DNA from: Caecitellus pseudoparvulus
Taxonomy: Eukaryota > Protista > Bigyra: Bicosoecida
Assembly: GCA_965644315.1 (NCBI GenBank)
Contig: CBFFRQ010000091.1
Location: forward strand, 62,001 to 126,000
Direction: 5' to 3'
Length of the DNA: 64,000 nucleotides
Both the position numbers and the translations under genes were made by a program. The notes below the pieces were generated by a model that was not told the DNA's origin, ran no database searches, and saw nothing but the letters and a program-made list of their open reading frames with translations. Of the stretch, positions 21,964 to 35,100 are shown piece after piece; the first letter of the stretch is position 1, and each line of letters begins with the position of its first letter.

Positions 21964-24900
21964 TCACAACCACCCGGCATCGCCACTTCCCTCCCCATAC
22001 CGCATGGCAGTCTTGCCGCGCACCCCCACCACCCGCACAGGGGACGCCGGTGCTGGCGTGTCAGGCCCGGTAGTCGGCTCACCGCCCCCCTGCCCCTCCT
22101 GCAGCGCCCCCACCAGCGCAGCATACGCCGCTGTCCGGTGCTGCACAGGGTTCCGCAAGCGAGGCTTGGTGGCCACTGGACCTCGCCGCTTGCTGGGTGC
22201 CCGGAGTGTAGCAGCGTACGCCGCCGCGCGCTCCCGGGCTGACAGCTTGGGCGGCGGCGCAGGGGACGGCGCCAGGGCAGCGGCAGCCTCCGCCGCCCGT
22301 CGCCGGTCCCGATCACTGGGCGCGGCGGGGTGGGGCAGTGGCACGTCCACCGCCCGCACAGCACTGACGGGCGCCACACGAGGGGGGGGAGGGGGGGTGC
22401 TGGGGGCCTCCGACGCTGGCACAGCTGGGGCGGGGGCGCTGACCCCCCCCCCAGGTGCACGCAGCGCTGCCTGCACAGCTGACGCCGCCGCTGCTGCGGC
22501 TGCCTCGGCCGCCTGCTCCTGGGCTGCGGTGGGTGGGGGTGTGGCAGGTGTGGCGGCGGCGGCCGCACCGCTGCGCGCGTTGGAGCGGGGTCGAGCCAGC
22601 GCCTCACGTGCAGCTGCCACTGCCGCAGACAGCACAGCTTGACTGCTGTGCATGAAGGAGACGGTGTCTGCTGCGGCGTCTGCCAGCTCCAGCCCCTGGG
22701 CTGACAGCTCCCCCACAGCCCGCTGCAGGTCACTGTGGTCTTGCACAGGCGTCGCCACCACAGTGCGTGGCGGTGGCGTGGGCGCAGGGGGGGCCTCCGT
22801 GGACTGTGCGGCTGCACCGCTGCGCGGGACGACTGTGGCTGTATCAGGGGCCATGCCGTCCTCGTACGGGGGCGCCCGGTCCGCCTCCCGCACACTGGTG
22901 CGAGCCACTGCCGAGGCGGGGTCAGCCGGCGAGCGGGGAGTGCATGCAAAGCCAGACGGGGCGGCGCAGGGAGCAGGCGGGGGGGTCACCTGCCCCACCT
23001 GCCGGACCCGCCCCCCTGCTCCCGGCACGTGCAGTGTGGTTGCCACACCCCCCTTCACAGACCTCCGCCTACCCGAGGTGTGTGCGGGGGGGGCGCCAGG
23101 GGGGGGGTGTCGCGGTGGAGGGGGCAGCTCTGCTCCCAGTGCAGGCGTCTCTGGCGCACGGGCGGAACCCCCCTCCCGCTTCAACACGTGGGGGGCGGCG
23201 TCTCGGGGCACCTTGAACGTCACCGTGGCGCCCTTGGGGGATGCCGTCATGGTGGGCCCCTTGCTCGCTTCTTCTCGAACGGGGTAGCCACCGCCCGGAC
23301 CTGCGGCAGGCTGTGGCGGCGGGGCGTACGAACGCGCTCCTTCCAGCCGCTCAGCCTGCAGCAGGCTCAGACGGAAGGCGCGTGTGCTGCGGCCCAAGTC
23401 GTAAGGGTGCACTGACAGTGTGCTGGCGGTCAAGTGCTGGCTGGACCCTTGCTCGCTGGACGGGGGGGAGAGTGGCTCACCCCCCTCCTCCTCACTCTCA
23501 CGTGACTCTGCCTCGGCAATGCTGCCGCTGTCAGAGTGCGCCTCGGACAACGGACTGTGGGGCCTCACCGCGTCACTTGCCCACCGCTGGGAAGCAGGGG
23601 TGTAGTCTGCTGCTCCCCCAGGCACACTCCGCGCCCCGGGCACCACCATGACTGCACCCTGCGCGCCTTCCTCCCGCCCAGAAGGGGTGCTCGCCCCACC
23701 CACGGCGACACGGGTGCAGTGGTGCGGGGACAAGGCAGGCGGAGGGCTGGCGCGAAGCAAGCCTTGCCGGGAGCGTGTGGCAAGGGAGGCAGCCTCGCGT
23801 CCCGCCATGTCGGAGTGCCGGCCTGCAGCACGCCGCAGCAGTTCCTGCTTCCCCTGCACCACGCGCATGCTGGTGAACGGCGATCCTGGGGTGGAGAGCG
23901 CCAGAACCTCGCTTGCTGGGCGGTGGCGTCCAGAGGAGCGGCCAGCGTGCCAGGAGCTCTCTTGCGCTCTAACAGTGGCGTCGAGGGCGGACCATGCACC
24001 ACCTCCCGGCAGACTGTGCAGTGCGCTGCTGGTCAAGCTATCACCATGCATGCTTTGGGCGGTGGAGTAGGAGCTCAACCCCCCACCAGGCGTCAAAGCT
24101 TCCGAGCCAGGCCATGGGACGTGCACTCGAACAACGTGCTCAACCGGTGCAGCAGTGGCCCGATGTGCCTGCGACACACCAGGTGGCATCATGCCCACGC
24201 CCCCCACACTGGACCCCACCATGCCCCCGCCCGACACACCAGGCGGCATCATGCCCACGCCCCCCACACTGGACCCCGCCACGCCCCCGCCCGACACACC
24301 AGGCGGCATCATGCCCACGCCCCCCACACTGGACCCCACCATGCCCCCGCCCGACACACCAGGCGGCATCATGCCCACGCCCCCCACACTGGACCCCACC
24401 ATGCCCCCGCCCGACACACCAGGCGGCATCATGCCCACGCCCCCCACACTGGACCCCGCCATGCCCACACTCGACACACCAGGTGGCATCATGCCCACGC
24501 CCCCCACACTGGACCCCACCATGCCCCCGCCCGACACACCAGGCGGCATCATGCCCCCGCCCCCCACACTGGACCCCGCCATGACCCCGCCCGACACACC
24601 AGGCGGCATCATGCCCACGCCCCCCACACCAGGCGGCATCATGCCCACGCCCGACACACCAGGCGGCATCATGCCCCCGCCCCCCACACTGGACCCCGCC
24701 ACGCCCACACCCGACACACCAGGCGGCATCATGCCCACGCCCCCCACACTGGACCCCGCCATGCCCACACTCGACACACCAGGTGGCATCATGCCCACGC
24801 CCCCCACACTGGACCCCGCCATGCCCCCGCCCGACACACCAGGCGGCATCATGCCCACGCCCCCCACACTGGACCCCGCCATGCCCCCGCCCGACACACC

Positions 24901-27900
24901 AGGTGGCATCATGCCCACGCCCCACTCACTGGACCCCGCCATGCCCCCGCCCGACACACCAGGCGGCATCATGCCCACGCCCCCCACACTGGACCCCGCC
25001 ACGCCCCCGCCCGACACACCAGGCGGCATCATGCCCACGCCCCCCACACTGGACCCCGCCATGCCCCCGCCCGACACACCAGGTGGCATCATGCCCACGC
25101 CCCCCACACTGGACCCCGCCACGCCCACACTCGACTCACCAGGCGGCATCATGCCCCCACCCCCCACACTGGACCCCGCCATGCCCCCGCCCGACACACC
25201 AGGCGGCATCATGCCCACGCCCCCACACTGGACCCCGCCATGCCCCCGCCCGACACACCAGGCGGCATCATGCCCACGCCCCCCACACTGGACCCCGCCA
25301 TGACCCAGCCAGACACACCAGGCGGCATCATGCCCACGCCCAACACACTGGACCCCGCCATGACCCCGCCCGACACACCAGGCGGCATCATGCCCCCGCC
25401 CCCCACACTGGACCCCGCCATGACCCTGCCCGACACACCAGGCGGCATCATGCCCCCGCCCCCCACACTGGACCCCGCCATGCCCCCGCCCGACACACCA
25501 GGCGGCATCATGCCCACGCCCCCCACACTGGACCCCGCCATGCCCCCGCCCGACACACCAGGCGGCATCATGCCCACGCCCCCCACACTGGACCCCGCCA
25601 TGCCCCCGCCCGACACACCAGGCGGCATCATGCCCCCGCCCCCCACACTGGACCCCACCATGCCCCCGCCCGACACACCAGGCGGCATCATGCCCCCGCT
25701 CCCCACACTGGACCCCGCCATGCCCCCGCCCGACACACCAGGCGGCATCATGCCCACGCCCCCACACTGGACCCCGCCACGCCCCCGCCCGACACACCAG
25801 GCGGCATCATGCCCACGCCCCCCACACTGGACCCCACCATGCCCACACTCGACACACCAGGCGGCATCATGCCCACGCCCCCCACACTGGACCCCGCCAC
25901 GCCCCCGCCCGACACACCAGGCGGCATCATGCCCACGCCCCCCACACTGGACCCCGCCATGTCCACGCCCCCACACTGGACCCCGCCACGACCCCGCCCG
26001 ACACACCAGGCGGCATCATGCCCCCGCCCCCCCCACTGGACCCCGCCATGCCCACGCCCCCCACACTGGACCCCGCCATGACCCTGCCCGACACACCAGG
26101 CGGCATCATGCCCCCGCCCCCCACACTGGACCCCGCCACGCCCACACCCGACACACCAGGCGGCATCATGCCCACGCCCCCCACACTGGACCCCACCATG
26201 CCCCCGCCCGACACACCAGGCGGAGGAGGTGGGCGAGATACTGGATGTGCGCCAGTTCTTGCACTTATCTTGAGTGAATCTGATGGCAGAACCTGTGTGC
26301 CCACCGTGTCGACCAACAGCAAGCTCTGCGGCCCAGGATGGGCCTGTGGGCTGCTTGATCGGGTCGAATGAAGACTACGAGTCAGCAGTCCAGATGCTGT
26401 TCCTGCAGCTTCTGATGCTGAGTGCCGGAGCAAGTCCGATTCCTCCACTTCCACCAAGGCGCGCACAGCAGACAGCTCCGTGTCGTGTCTGGCTTGCAAT
26501 GCAGCCTTCTCTGCATCATGTGCCTTCAACTCAGCTTCGATGCGGCGGCTTTCCTGCAGTGCAAGGCGATCAGCTTGCTCGGCGAGAGCTGCCTCTGTGG
26601 CAGCCATGGCATCTTCACTTGCTGCCACTTGCCGTCGCAGGGCAGAGATCTCCTCCTGAAACTGCCCCTCTCTTTCACGGGACGCGTCCAGTACGTTGCG
26701 CATGTCCTGCAACTTCTCCACAAGCTTCATGGCAGACTCAGCAGACAAAGCACCTTCCGGCAGCTTGGGTTGGGCTTCAGTTGTTTCTGACATTGCCTCT
26801 TGTGCTTCTTGCGCAGCCCTGGCCGCTTCGGCCTGGCTTGTTAAACTTTCCACGCGGTCCTCAAGCTGCGAGAGCTGCCGCTGCTGTTCGGCACGAGCTT
26901 CAGCTGCTCGTATTTCCCGCTCCATATCCTTCAGCTGGAGCTCGAGCGCATCTGCATCGCGCTCAGCCTTCAGTCGTTGCAGGCCATCTGGTTGATCCTT
27001 CAGCTGACTTCTGACATCCGCCAGGACCTGCTTGGCAGCCTCCAAGTGCCCATACCGTTTCTGAAAGTTTGAGTGGCTTGCCGTCTCAGGTGCTTCCCCA
27101 CCACTTGGCTCCCTTGCAGACTCGAGCATCCGTTGCAATGTGCCAAGCAGATGGTCTGCCGATCGTACAGCAGAGGCATCAACCGAACGTTCTTCCAGAG
27201 ATTCCGGGCCCTCATGTGAGCTCACAGACTGATCTGACGTAAACGAAACAGATACAGGCGGGAACTGCCGCGTTCTCAGCAATGGGCGCACGCGGGGAGT
27301 GAGAGGCGCCGTGCGGAACGACGAGCCAAGCGAATGCATACCCACAGCAGTCCTTCCTTCAAACGAAGATCGCTTTGGCGTCTGAAGGACCACTGGACGA
27401 GAGGTTAAATCTACATCTGGGGCAATCAATCTTGGTGATGCAAGCCGAGCCACAGCCCGCTGCAGCGCCGCCACATCCCCAACCGACACGCCGCCCCCCG
27501 ACGCCAGACCCCCCACACCCACACGCACCACGTCCGACACACCCATCACACGGTCCACGCCCGGCACCTCACCACTGCCATCACGGCACCCCGCATCCAC
27601 AACGTGCCCTGCCACTGCACCCACCATGTGCGGCAGGCCCTCATCCGACAGCCACGACAGGACCTCCGGAGACACGTGTGCCACACGCGGACCCCCCCCT
27701 CCACCACTGCTGCTGCTGGTGCCGCTGCCCCCCTCCCCACGCGGCAGCATGACGCTCACGGCGTCACCCATGGGCCCTCCCACGCCCCGCCCATCGCCCC
27801 CGGACGCCCGCCCCCCGCCCACACGAGACACAGCCCGCTGCAGCGCCGACACATCCCCAACCGACACGCCACCCCCCGACGCCAGACCCCCCACACCCAC

Positions 27901-30900
27901 ACGCACCACGTCCGACACACCCATCACACGGTCCACGCCCGGCACCTCACCACTGCCATCACGGCACCCCGCATCCACAACGTGCCCTGCCACTGCACCC
28001 ACCATGTGCGGCAGGCCCTCATCCGACAGCCACGACAGGACCTCCGGAGACACGTGTGCCACACGCCGACCCCCACCACCACTGCTGCTGCTGGTGCCGC
28101 TGCCCCCTCCCCACGCGGCAGCATGACGCTCACGGCGTCACCCATGGGCCCTCCCACGCCCCGCCCATCGCCCCCTGACGCACGCCCCCCGCCCACACGA
28201 GACACAGCCCGCTGCAGCGCCGCCACATCCCCAACCGACACGCCGCCCCCCGACGCCAGACCCCCCACACCCACACGCACCACGTCCGACACACCCATCA
28301 CACGGTCCACGCCCGGCACCTCACCACTGCCATCACGGCACCCCGCATCCACAACGTGCCCTGCCACTGCACCCACCATGTGCGGCAGGCCCTCATCCGA
28401 CAGCCACGACAGGACCTCCGGAGACACGTGTGCCACACGCGGACCCCCCCCTCCACCACTGCTGCTGCTGGTGCCGCTGCCCCCCTCCCCACGCGGCAGC
28501 ATGACGCTCACGGCGTCACCCATGGGCCCTCCCACGCCCCGCCCATCGCCCCCTGACGCACGCCCCCCGCCCACACGAGACACAGCCCGCTGCAGCGCCG
28601 CCACATCCCCAACCGACACGCCGCCCCCCGACGCCAGACCCCCCACACCCACACGCACCACGTCCGACACACCCATCACACGGTCCACGCCCGGCACCTC
28701 ACCACTGCCATCACGGCACCCCGCATCCACAACGTGCCCTGCCACTGCACCCACCATGTGCGGCAGGCCCTCATCCGACAGCCACGACAGGACCTCCGGA
28801 GACACGTGTGCCACACGCGGACCCCCTCCACCACTGCTGCTGCTGGTGCCGCTGCCCCCTCCCCACGCGGCAGCATGACGCTCACGGCGTCACCCATGGG
28901 CCCTCCCACGCCCCGCCCATCGCCCCCCGACGCACGCCCCCCGCCCACACGAGACACAGCCCGCTGCAGCGCCGCCACATCCCCAACCGACACGCCACCC
29001 CCCGACGCCAGACCCCCCACACCCACACGCACCACGTCCGACACACCCATCACACGGTCCACGCCCGGCACCTCACCACTGCCATCACGGCACCCCGCAT
29101 CCACAACGTGCCCTGCCACTGCACCCACCATGTGCGGCAGGCCCTCATCCGACAGCCACGACAGGACCTCCGGAGACACGTGTGCCACACGCGGACCCCC
29201 CCCACCGCCACTGCTGCTGCTGGTGCCGCTGCCCCCTCCCCACGCGGCAGCATGACGCTCACGGCGTCACCCATGGGCCCTCCCACGCCCCGCCCATCGC
29301 CCCCTGACGCACGCCCCCCGCCCACACGAGACACAGCCCGCTGCAGCGCCGCCACATCCCCAACCGACACGCCACCCCCCGACGCCAGACCCCCCACACC
29401 CACACGCACCACGTCCGACACACCCATCACACGGTCCACGCCCGGCACCTCACCACTGCCATCACGGCACCCCGCATCCACAACGTGCCCTGCCACTGCA
29501 CCCACCATGTGCGGCAGGCCCTCATCCGACAGCCACGACAGGACCTCCGGAGACACGTGTGCCACACGCGGACCCCCTCCACCACTGCTGCTGCTGGTGC
29601 CGCTGCCCCCCTCCCCACGCGGCAGCATGACGCTCACGGCGTCACCCATGGGCCCTCCCACGCCCCGCCCATCGCCCCCTGACGCACGCCCCCCGCCCAC
29701 ACGAGACACAGCCCGCTGCAGCGCCGCCACATCCCCAACCGACACGCCACCCCCCGACGCCAGACCCCCCACACCCACACGCACCACGTCCGACACACCC
29801 ATCACACGGTCCACGCCCGGCACCTCACCACTGCCATCACGGCACCCCGCATCCACAACGTGCCCTGCCACTGCACCCACCATGTGCGGCAGGCCCTCAT
29901 CCGACAGCCACGACAGGACCTCCGGAGACACGTGTGCCACACGCGGACCCCCCCCACCGCCACTGCTGCTGCTGGTGCCGCTGCCCCCCTCCCCACGCGG
30001 CAGCATGACGCTCACGGCGTCACCCATGGGCCCTCCCACGCCCCGCCCATCGCCCCCCGACGCACGCCCCCCGCCCACACGAGACACAGCCCGCTGCAGC
30101 GCCGCCACATCCCCAACCGACACGCCACCCCCCGACGCCAGACCCCCCACACCCACACGCACCACGTCCGACACACCCATCACACGGTCCACGCCCGGCA
30201 CCTCACCACTGCCATCACGGCACCCCGCATCCACAACATGCCCTGCCACTGCACCCACCATGTGCGGCAGGCCCTCATCCGACAACCATGATACCATACT
30301 CTCGTCGACAGCAATGGCCTGTCCTTGATGACTAACCTCAACCACCTTTGGAAGATTCTGAGAGAGTGTGTGGTTGGGGGTTGATGTCTGTGCCCACGGT
30401 CCAGAATCAGTGAAGTCCCTGAGCATTTGCGCAGCTTGAGCCTGAGGTGTGGCTGGAAGTGGTTCCAGGTTCTGTTGCTTTGTAGCGCCAGGAGGCGTCC
30501 ATGTACTGCGAGGAAGTCTTCCGGATGGAAAGGTAGGAGCTTGGCTTTCAGGGCTTGGCTCCTGCTTGTCTGGTGAAGCGTATGTTGGAGTTGAGGCGGG
30601 CTTCGTGGCAGCCCTAAGATCTGCCCTTTCAGTTGAGAGCGGAGGAGACGCCACTTCACCCGCTGCCCCTTGCACCAATCCCATGACGGTACCACGCCCA
30701 CCCTTGCCTCCTGGACCGCCGGGATGCTGGGGGGATGGGTGGCCGGGAGCGCTGCCGTGGGCCCCGCCATCAGTGGGTGGGTTCTGCTGTGAAGAAGACT
30801 CGGAAGCAAGTACACCATGGAGAGAATGACCTACTCTCTGTTGTGTTCCTGGGTACAAGGGGGGCTTGATTATGCGTCCCCTGGATGGGGTACGTGTGGC

Positions 30901-31930
30901 CACTGAGCTTGGTGTGTGCGGTGCATCGTGCATGTGCGGATGCATGGACTGTGCAGGCAAGCCACCGGCAAGTGGTTGCTGCCGTGGGCTGTAAGGGTGA
31001 GTAAGTGAAGCACTGCTGCGCTCACTGCTGGTGTCAGATGCCACAGTCGCCCTCATGGGCGAAGACGGTGCCTGTACAGTGCCACGCGGCCCGCTTACGG
31101 GGATGATTGGCAGCGAAGTCGAGGGCGTGGAGTCCGCTTCCATGGGCGGTGGTGGTGGCTGCGGCGGCGAAGGAACGCCAAGAGAAACTGAGCCCACCAC
31201 GAATGGTGGTGCCAGAGGCGTTGTCTGTGCAACGTCGGCACTTTGGCGCAGCAGGTGCCCTTCCTGCTGCGCCTGGGCCAGCTGCACTTCCAGCATGCGC
31301 ACACGGGCCTGGTGCTGCAACAGGCCCACGTCGGGAAGGGCCTCCGCTGAAAAAGGCACACCAGGAGCAGCTCCCACATGCTGCACAGGCGAGGAGGGTG
31401 CTGATGGCTGCAGAGCTGCAGAGACGAGGGATCGTGTCAAGCTCTCGTCTGAGCTATCGGACGAACTGCCTTCGCTTGAAGTGCTGCTGGTCCTGGGTCT
31501 AGGGAGAGGGGGCTGGTCGGATCTGCTCACAGCAACTTGAAGAGGCCCTGCTGCATGCCAGCGCTGTGACACTACCTTCAAGGCAGTTGCCACGCTGCTC
31601 CGTGCTGCGCTGCGGGAGGATGGCCTCGAAGCATGGCTTGCACCACTGTCCATGCTGCTCATTCCGGGGCTCGTTCTTCGCTGAGAAGGAAGGAGAACGA
31701 AAGGTGGTTGAAGAACCAAGTAAGTGCTGCATATCCGATACGTAAATCCACAAGGATTATGCCAAGAAGTGCCCTAGTAGTCGGCGCTGCGAGGGTGCGG
31801 AAATAACGCAGCCGTTGCATTCACTCACCTGTTGCTGAGATGCCCTCCGCGAAGCTTCTAGCGCCATGAGGCGCTTGGCCTTTTCTCGTAGCATAGCAGA
31901 GGTGGCCAAAACTGTACTGGGTGTATCCAT
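21964..31930 (-). CDS. Giant (~3,200 aa) low-complexity protein with two tandem-repeat blocks and a coiled-coil segment; apparent frameshifts inside the repeats
   Basis: Exon 1 is 31829-31930 (MDTPSTVL...QQQ|gtgagt) and splices at ttctcag ~31682. ORFs 29050-31719, 27924-28814, 25927-28062 and 21964-25797 are consecutive pieces, switching frame at single-base C-run differences. Coiled coil at ~26450-27050. Confidence 0.7.
24171..26220 (-). repeat. Coding minisatellite, 60-bp unit x ~34, encoding GVSGGGMAGSSVGGVGMMPP
   Basis: Unit aggcggcatcatgcccacgccccccacactggaccccgccatgcccccgcccgacacacc visibly stacks line on line. It is built from two related 30-bp halves. Confidence 0.97.
27450..30283 (-). 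repeat. Coding tandem repeat, ~378-bp (126-aa) unit x ~7.5, near-identical
   Basis: acagcccgctgcagcgccg recurs every 374-378 bp. It encodes VAHVSPEVLSWLSDEGLPHMVGAVAGHVVDAGCRDG...DVAALQRAVSRVGGG... Confidence 0.97.
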
Positions 31931-32147
31931 GCTTGCAAAGAGCCTTGGTCACGTGCAGGGTGCCTTGGACTCCTGCTCAAGTCTTGGCAGGCAAACGAAG
32001 CTGGCCTCGGCGACGCATGTGCTGGAGTTGGCCAGCTCCAGGCAGAGATGCAGCATTCAAGCGGGCTCCAGGCCTGCAGACTCTTAGTGCATTGGAGACG
32101 CTGCATCTCGAATGTATCACCCTCCATGTCCTGCACGTAGGAGCCGG

Positions 32148-35100
32148 CTACTTTGAGCTGCTCGCCGGCGCCGCAGCAGACGACACAAACTCCAGCATGC
32201 TGCGCTGAGATGCACTCCCTCCCTGAGAGACACCGCCCTTCTTGGCTCGCTTTGCCTCGCTTGCTTGTTCGCCCGTGTCCCTAGGTCGCTTGCCTGCCTT
32301 GCTGGGGGGGGCAGTCTTGCCGACGTCGGCCAAGCCGGTCAAGGCCGCACCCGAATCAGGGGTCGCTGGCGGCGTGCTTGCCTTCTTGGCGTTGGCAGCA
32401 GCTGCTTGCTTGGCGCGACTGGCGGCAGCCTTGTCAACAGCACCCTGTGGGTCCTGCCCCTTCGATATGGCCTTGAACACCGCGCCATACATGAACTGCG
32501 GGGCCAGTCCCATCCACTCCAAGCCTGGGCGCAGGCGCCACTGCCCCTCAGCATTCCGGTGCGCGATGGTGTTCAGCACGCTGGACACTGCAGGGGCAGC
32601 AATGGGCCGATCTCCATTCTTTTTTACCATGGCAGGGCGGTCCAGGATGGCCAGGAGCTCCTTGACTGCGTCTGCCTCTTGTTCAGATTGCAGTCGGTGC
32701 ACGGCGTGTGCGGCTGCCATAACAACTCTGTACCCGAGGAGGTCTTCCTTGAGTGGCCCGCTCAGCAGGCCAGCCAGGTCTTTTCCGTGTTTCAGAGCAT
32801 CGGCAGCAGCTGCTTCGGCCTTTTTGGCAGCCACCTCTTTCCGCCTGGCAGCCTTCAGCCGCTCCATTGCGGCCCATGCAAGTGCGTCCACTGCTGCGGC
32901 TTCGGCGGCATCGGCAGCCCCGCCTTCATCCAGCACTGATTGCACCGCCTCTTCGATCTTGTCATCTTCCGCCTTGAGAGCCGCCAAGTGTCCCGGCATG
33001 GCCTTGTCCAGGCGACGCAGCAGGCTGTCACACCGTGTCCGGAGCTGTGCCAGGGTTCGCGAGCGGAAGAAATGGTCGAACCTCCAGCGAGCTGAGGCGA
33101 GGATTGCGCGCCGCATGGCCCTCCACTGGCCATGCCCCACACAAGCGAGGGTGCACAAGAGGAAAGTATCATGCTCTCGGGTGTATGCATCACCCGGGCG
33201 ACCGACAGAGCGCAGCGGCAGGTGGTCCCACGGACTGCCACATCCCCCCGCGAACACCCCGCCAACGCTCCCAACCCGTGGCTTTTGGAGGGACTGCATG
33301 AGGGAAGGGGGCATAGAGGGGGTATCACCACGAGCATTCTGGTACTGTGCCACGATGGCGGCTGCGGGAGAGGGGGACGTGAGCTGATGCAGCGGCACTT
33401 TGCCAGCCTCTATCAACGCCACATCAGGCAGGGGCGGGCGACAGCGCGCGACAGCGGCCGTCAGCATGCGTTTCCAGGTCACCAAGTCGCGCAGCTTGCT
33501 CTCCGCCCTCGTGATGGTGCGCAAGATGCGAGGACCTTCTGGCAGTTCGTGCACTTTCCCGTCTTCGTAGCTGCCGTGCAGTTTGGGAGCTTCGGACGTT
33601 GAGGGCGGGGCCAGGCCGCCCAGGCCAGCTGCCTCCGTGCGCGCAGCGCCAGGAGGGCCCGCCGCAGCCTCTGCAGGATGCACCTGCATGCGTGCCACCG
33701 TGTTCTTGCCGAACCACAGCACATTGTAGTAGCGCTGCACTTCTTCGGGCGTGCGGCCAGGTACTGCGCTGCAGATGTCATCAATGGCCTCACGGCCAAA
33801 CCGCTTGCATGCTTCGAGAATGGCACCCAGATCGCTGCGCTTCCAGTCAGGGAAACCCTGTTGAAGTATGGAGTCGCGCTGCTCTGCCAGGTCAGGGTGG
33901 GCAGCAGCAAACGGGGTGTAGGTGGGCGGCTGCAGGGAAGTGGGCTCAGCCCCTGCAGCTTTCACTGCCTCCTTGTGCTGGGCCAAGGCCTCCACGTACG
34001 CTTCCACGTGATCTGCTTCTGCCTGCGCGATGCTCATAGCTGCGGCCTTGTCAATGAACTGCCAAGGGTGCAGGTGGGGAAGCCAGGGCTCCTCACCAGT
34101 GTTTCCTGCGGCATGTAGCTTCTTAAGAGTGCCCCGCATGCGAGTGACCGGGTCACTGGAGCTGTTCATGCTCGCCTGTGTCGTCTTCTTGAAGTACGCA
34201 GCTTCGTTGTAGGTGCCCACGCGCGTGCGGCGCTCGTTGCGGGCCACCTCCTCCTCCGCCGCCGCAAGAGCCGCAATGTCGGCCAAGGCATCCCGGTCAG
34301 CTCTGCTGCGGGCCACCTCTGCCTTGTAGTCCACGCCCTCAAACACAGAGGAGGTGACGGCCGAGTCCAGCTTGAAGTCGAGGAGAGAAGCACTCCCCTC
34401 CTGACCCGCCTTGGCCCCACCGACGGCCTCTGCCTTGGCACTCAGGGCCCGCGTCCGCTCCTGCCCCTGTGCCAGGAGCCTGTCCATGTCCTCATCCGAC
34501 ACCTGCCCGTCCTTGGACGCCTCCGCCCTGAAGATGTTATCGGCTCCGTACTGGATCATGGCCACCATTTCGCCCTTGGACAGGCGGTTGCCCTTGTCTG
34601 CCAGGCGGCCCTGCTGCACCACAACGGCATCCAGCTTCAACTTGATCATGGCGCGCTCCACGATCTTCTCCTCCACGCTGTCTGAGGAAATGAGGCGGTA
34701 CACCTTCACAGGCTTAGTCTGCCCGATGCGGTGGGCGCGATCCTGCGCCTGCAAGTCCACCTGCGGGTTCCAGTCGCTATCGTACAGCACGACGATGTCA
34801 GCGGTAGCCAGGTTGATGCCCAGCCCCCCGGCCCGCGTGGACAGCAGGAAGATGAACTTGTCGCTGCCAGGGGCGTTGAACGCGTCAATTCCCTCCTCCC
34901 GATCTTCGTAGGAGGTGTTGCCATCAATGCGGCAGTACCGATATGCTCGCAGGGCACAGTAGTCCTCTAGGATGTCCAGCATGCTGGTCATCTGCGAGAA
35001 GATCAGCACACGGCTGCCTGCTGCTCGCAAGCGCTGCAGGAGCTTGTCCAGCACTGCCAGCTTTGTGCAGTGGCGCACCAGGTGCTCGCCGATGGGTGGC

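Noticed and set aside
24171-26220. CRISPR-like appearance of the regular array
   Set aside because: There are no unique spacers or cas genes, the context is eukaryotic, and it is a coding minisatellite.
23536-26277. Long plus-strand ORFs (913, 432 and 382 aa) and similar ORFs across 27600-30330
   Set aside because: They are stop-free by-products of the tandem repeats. The minus frame links to unique coding sequence on both sides.
25200-29250. Programmed frameshifting or pseudogenisation in the giant repeat gene
   Set aside because: The shifts I traced are one-base losses in C homopolymers, the typical long-read error. They cannot be called biological without reads.
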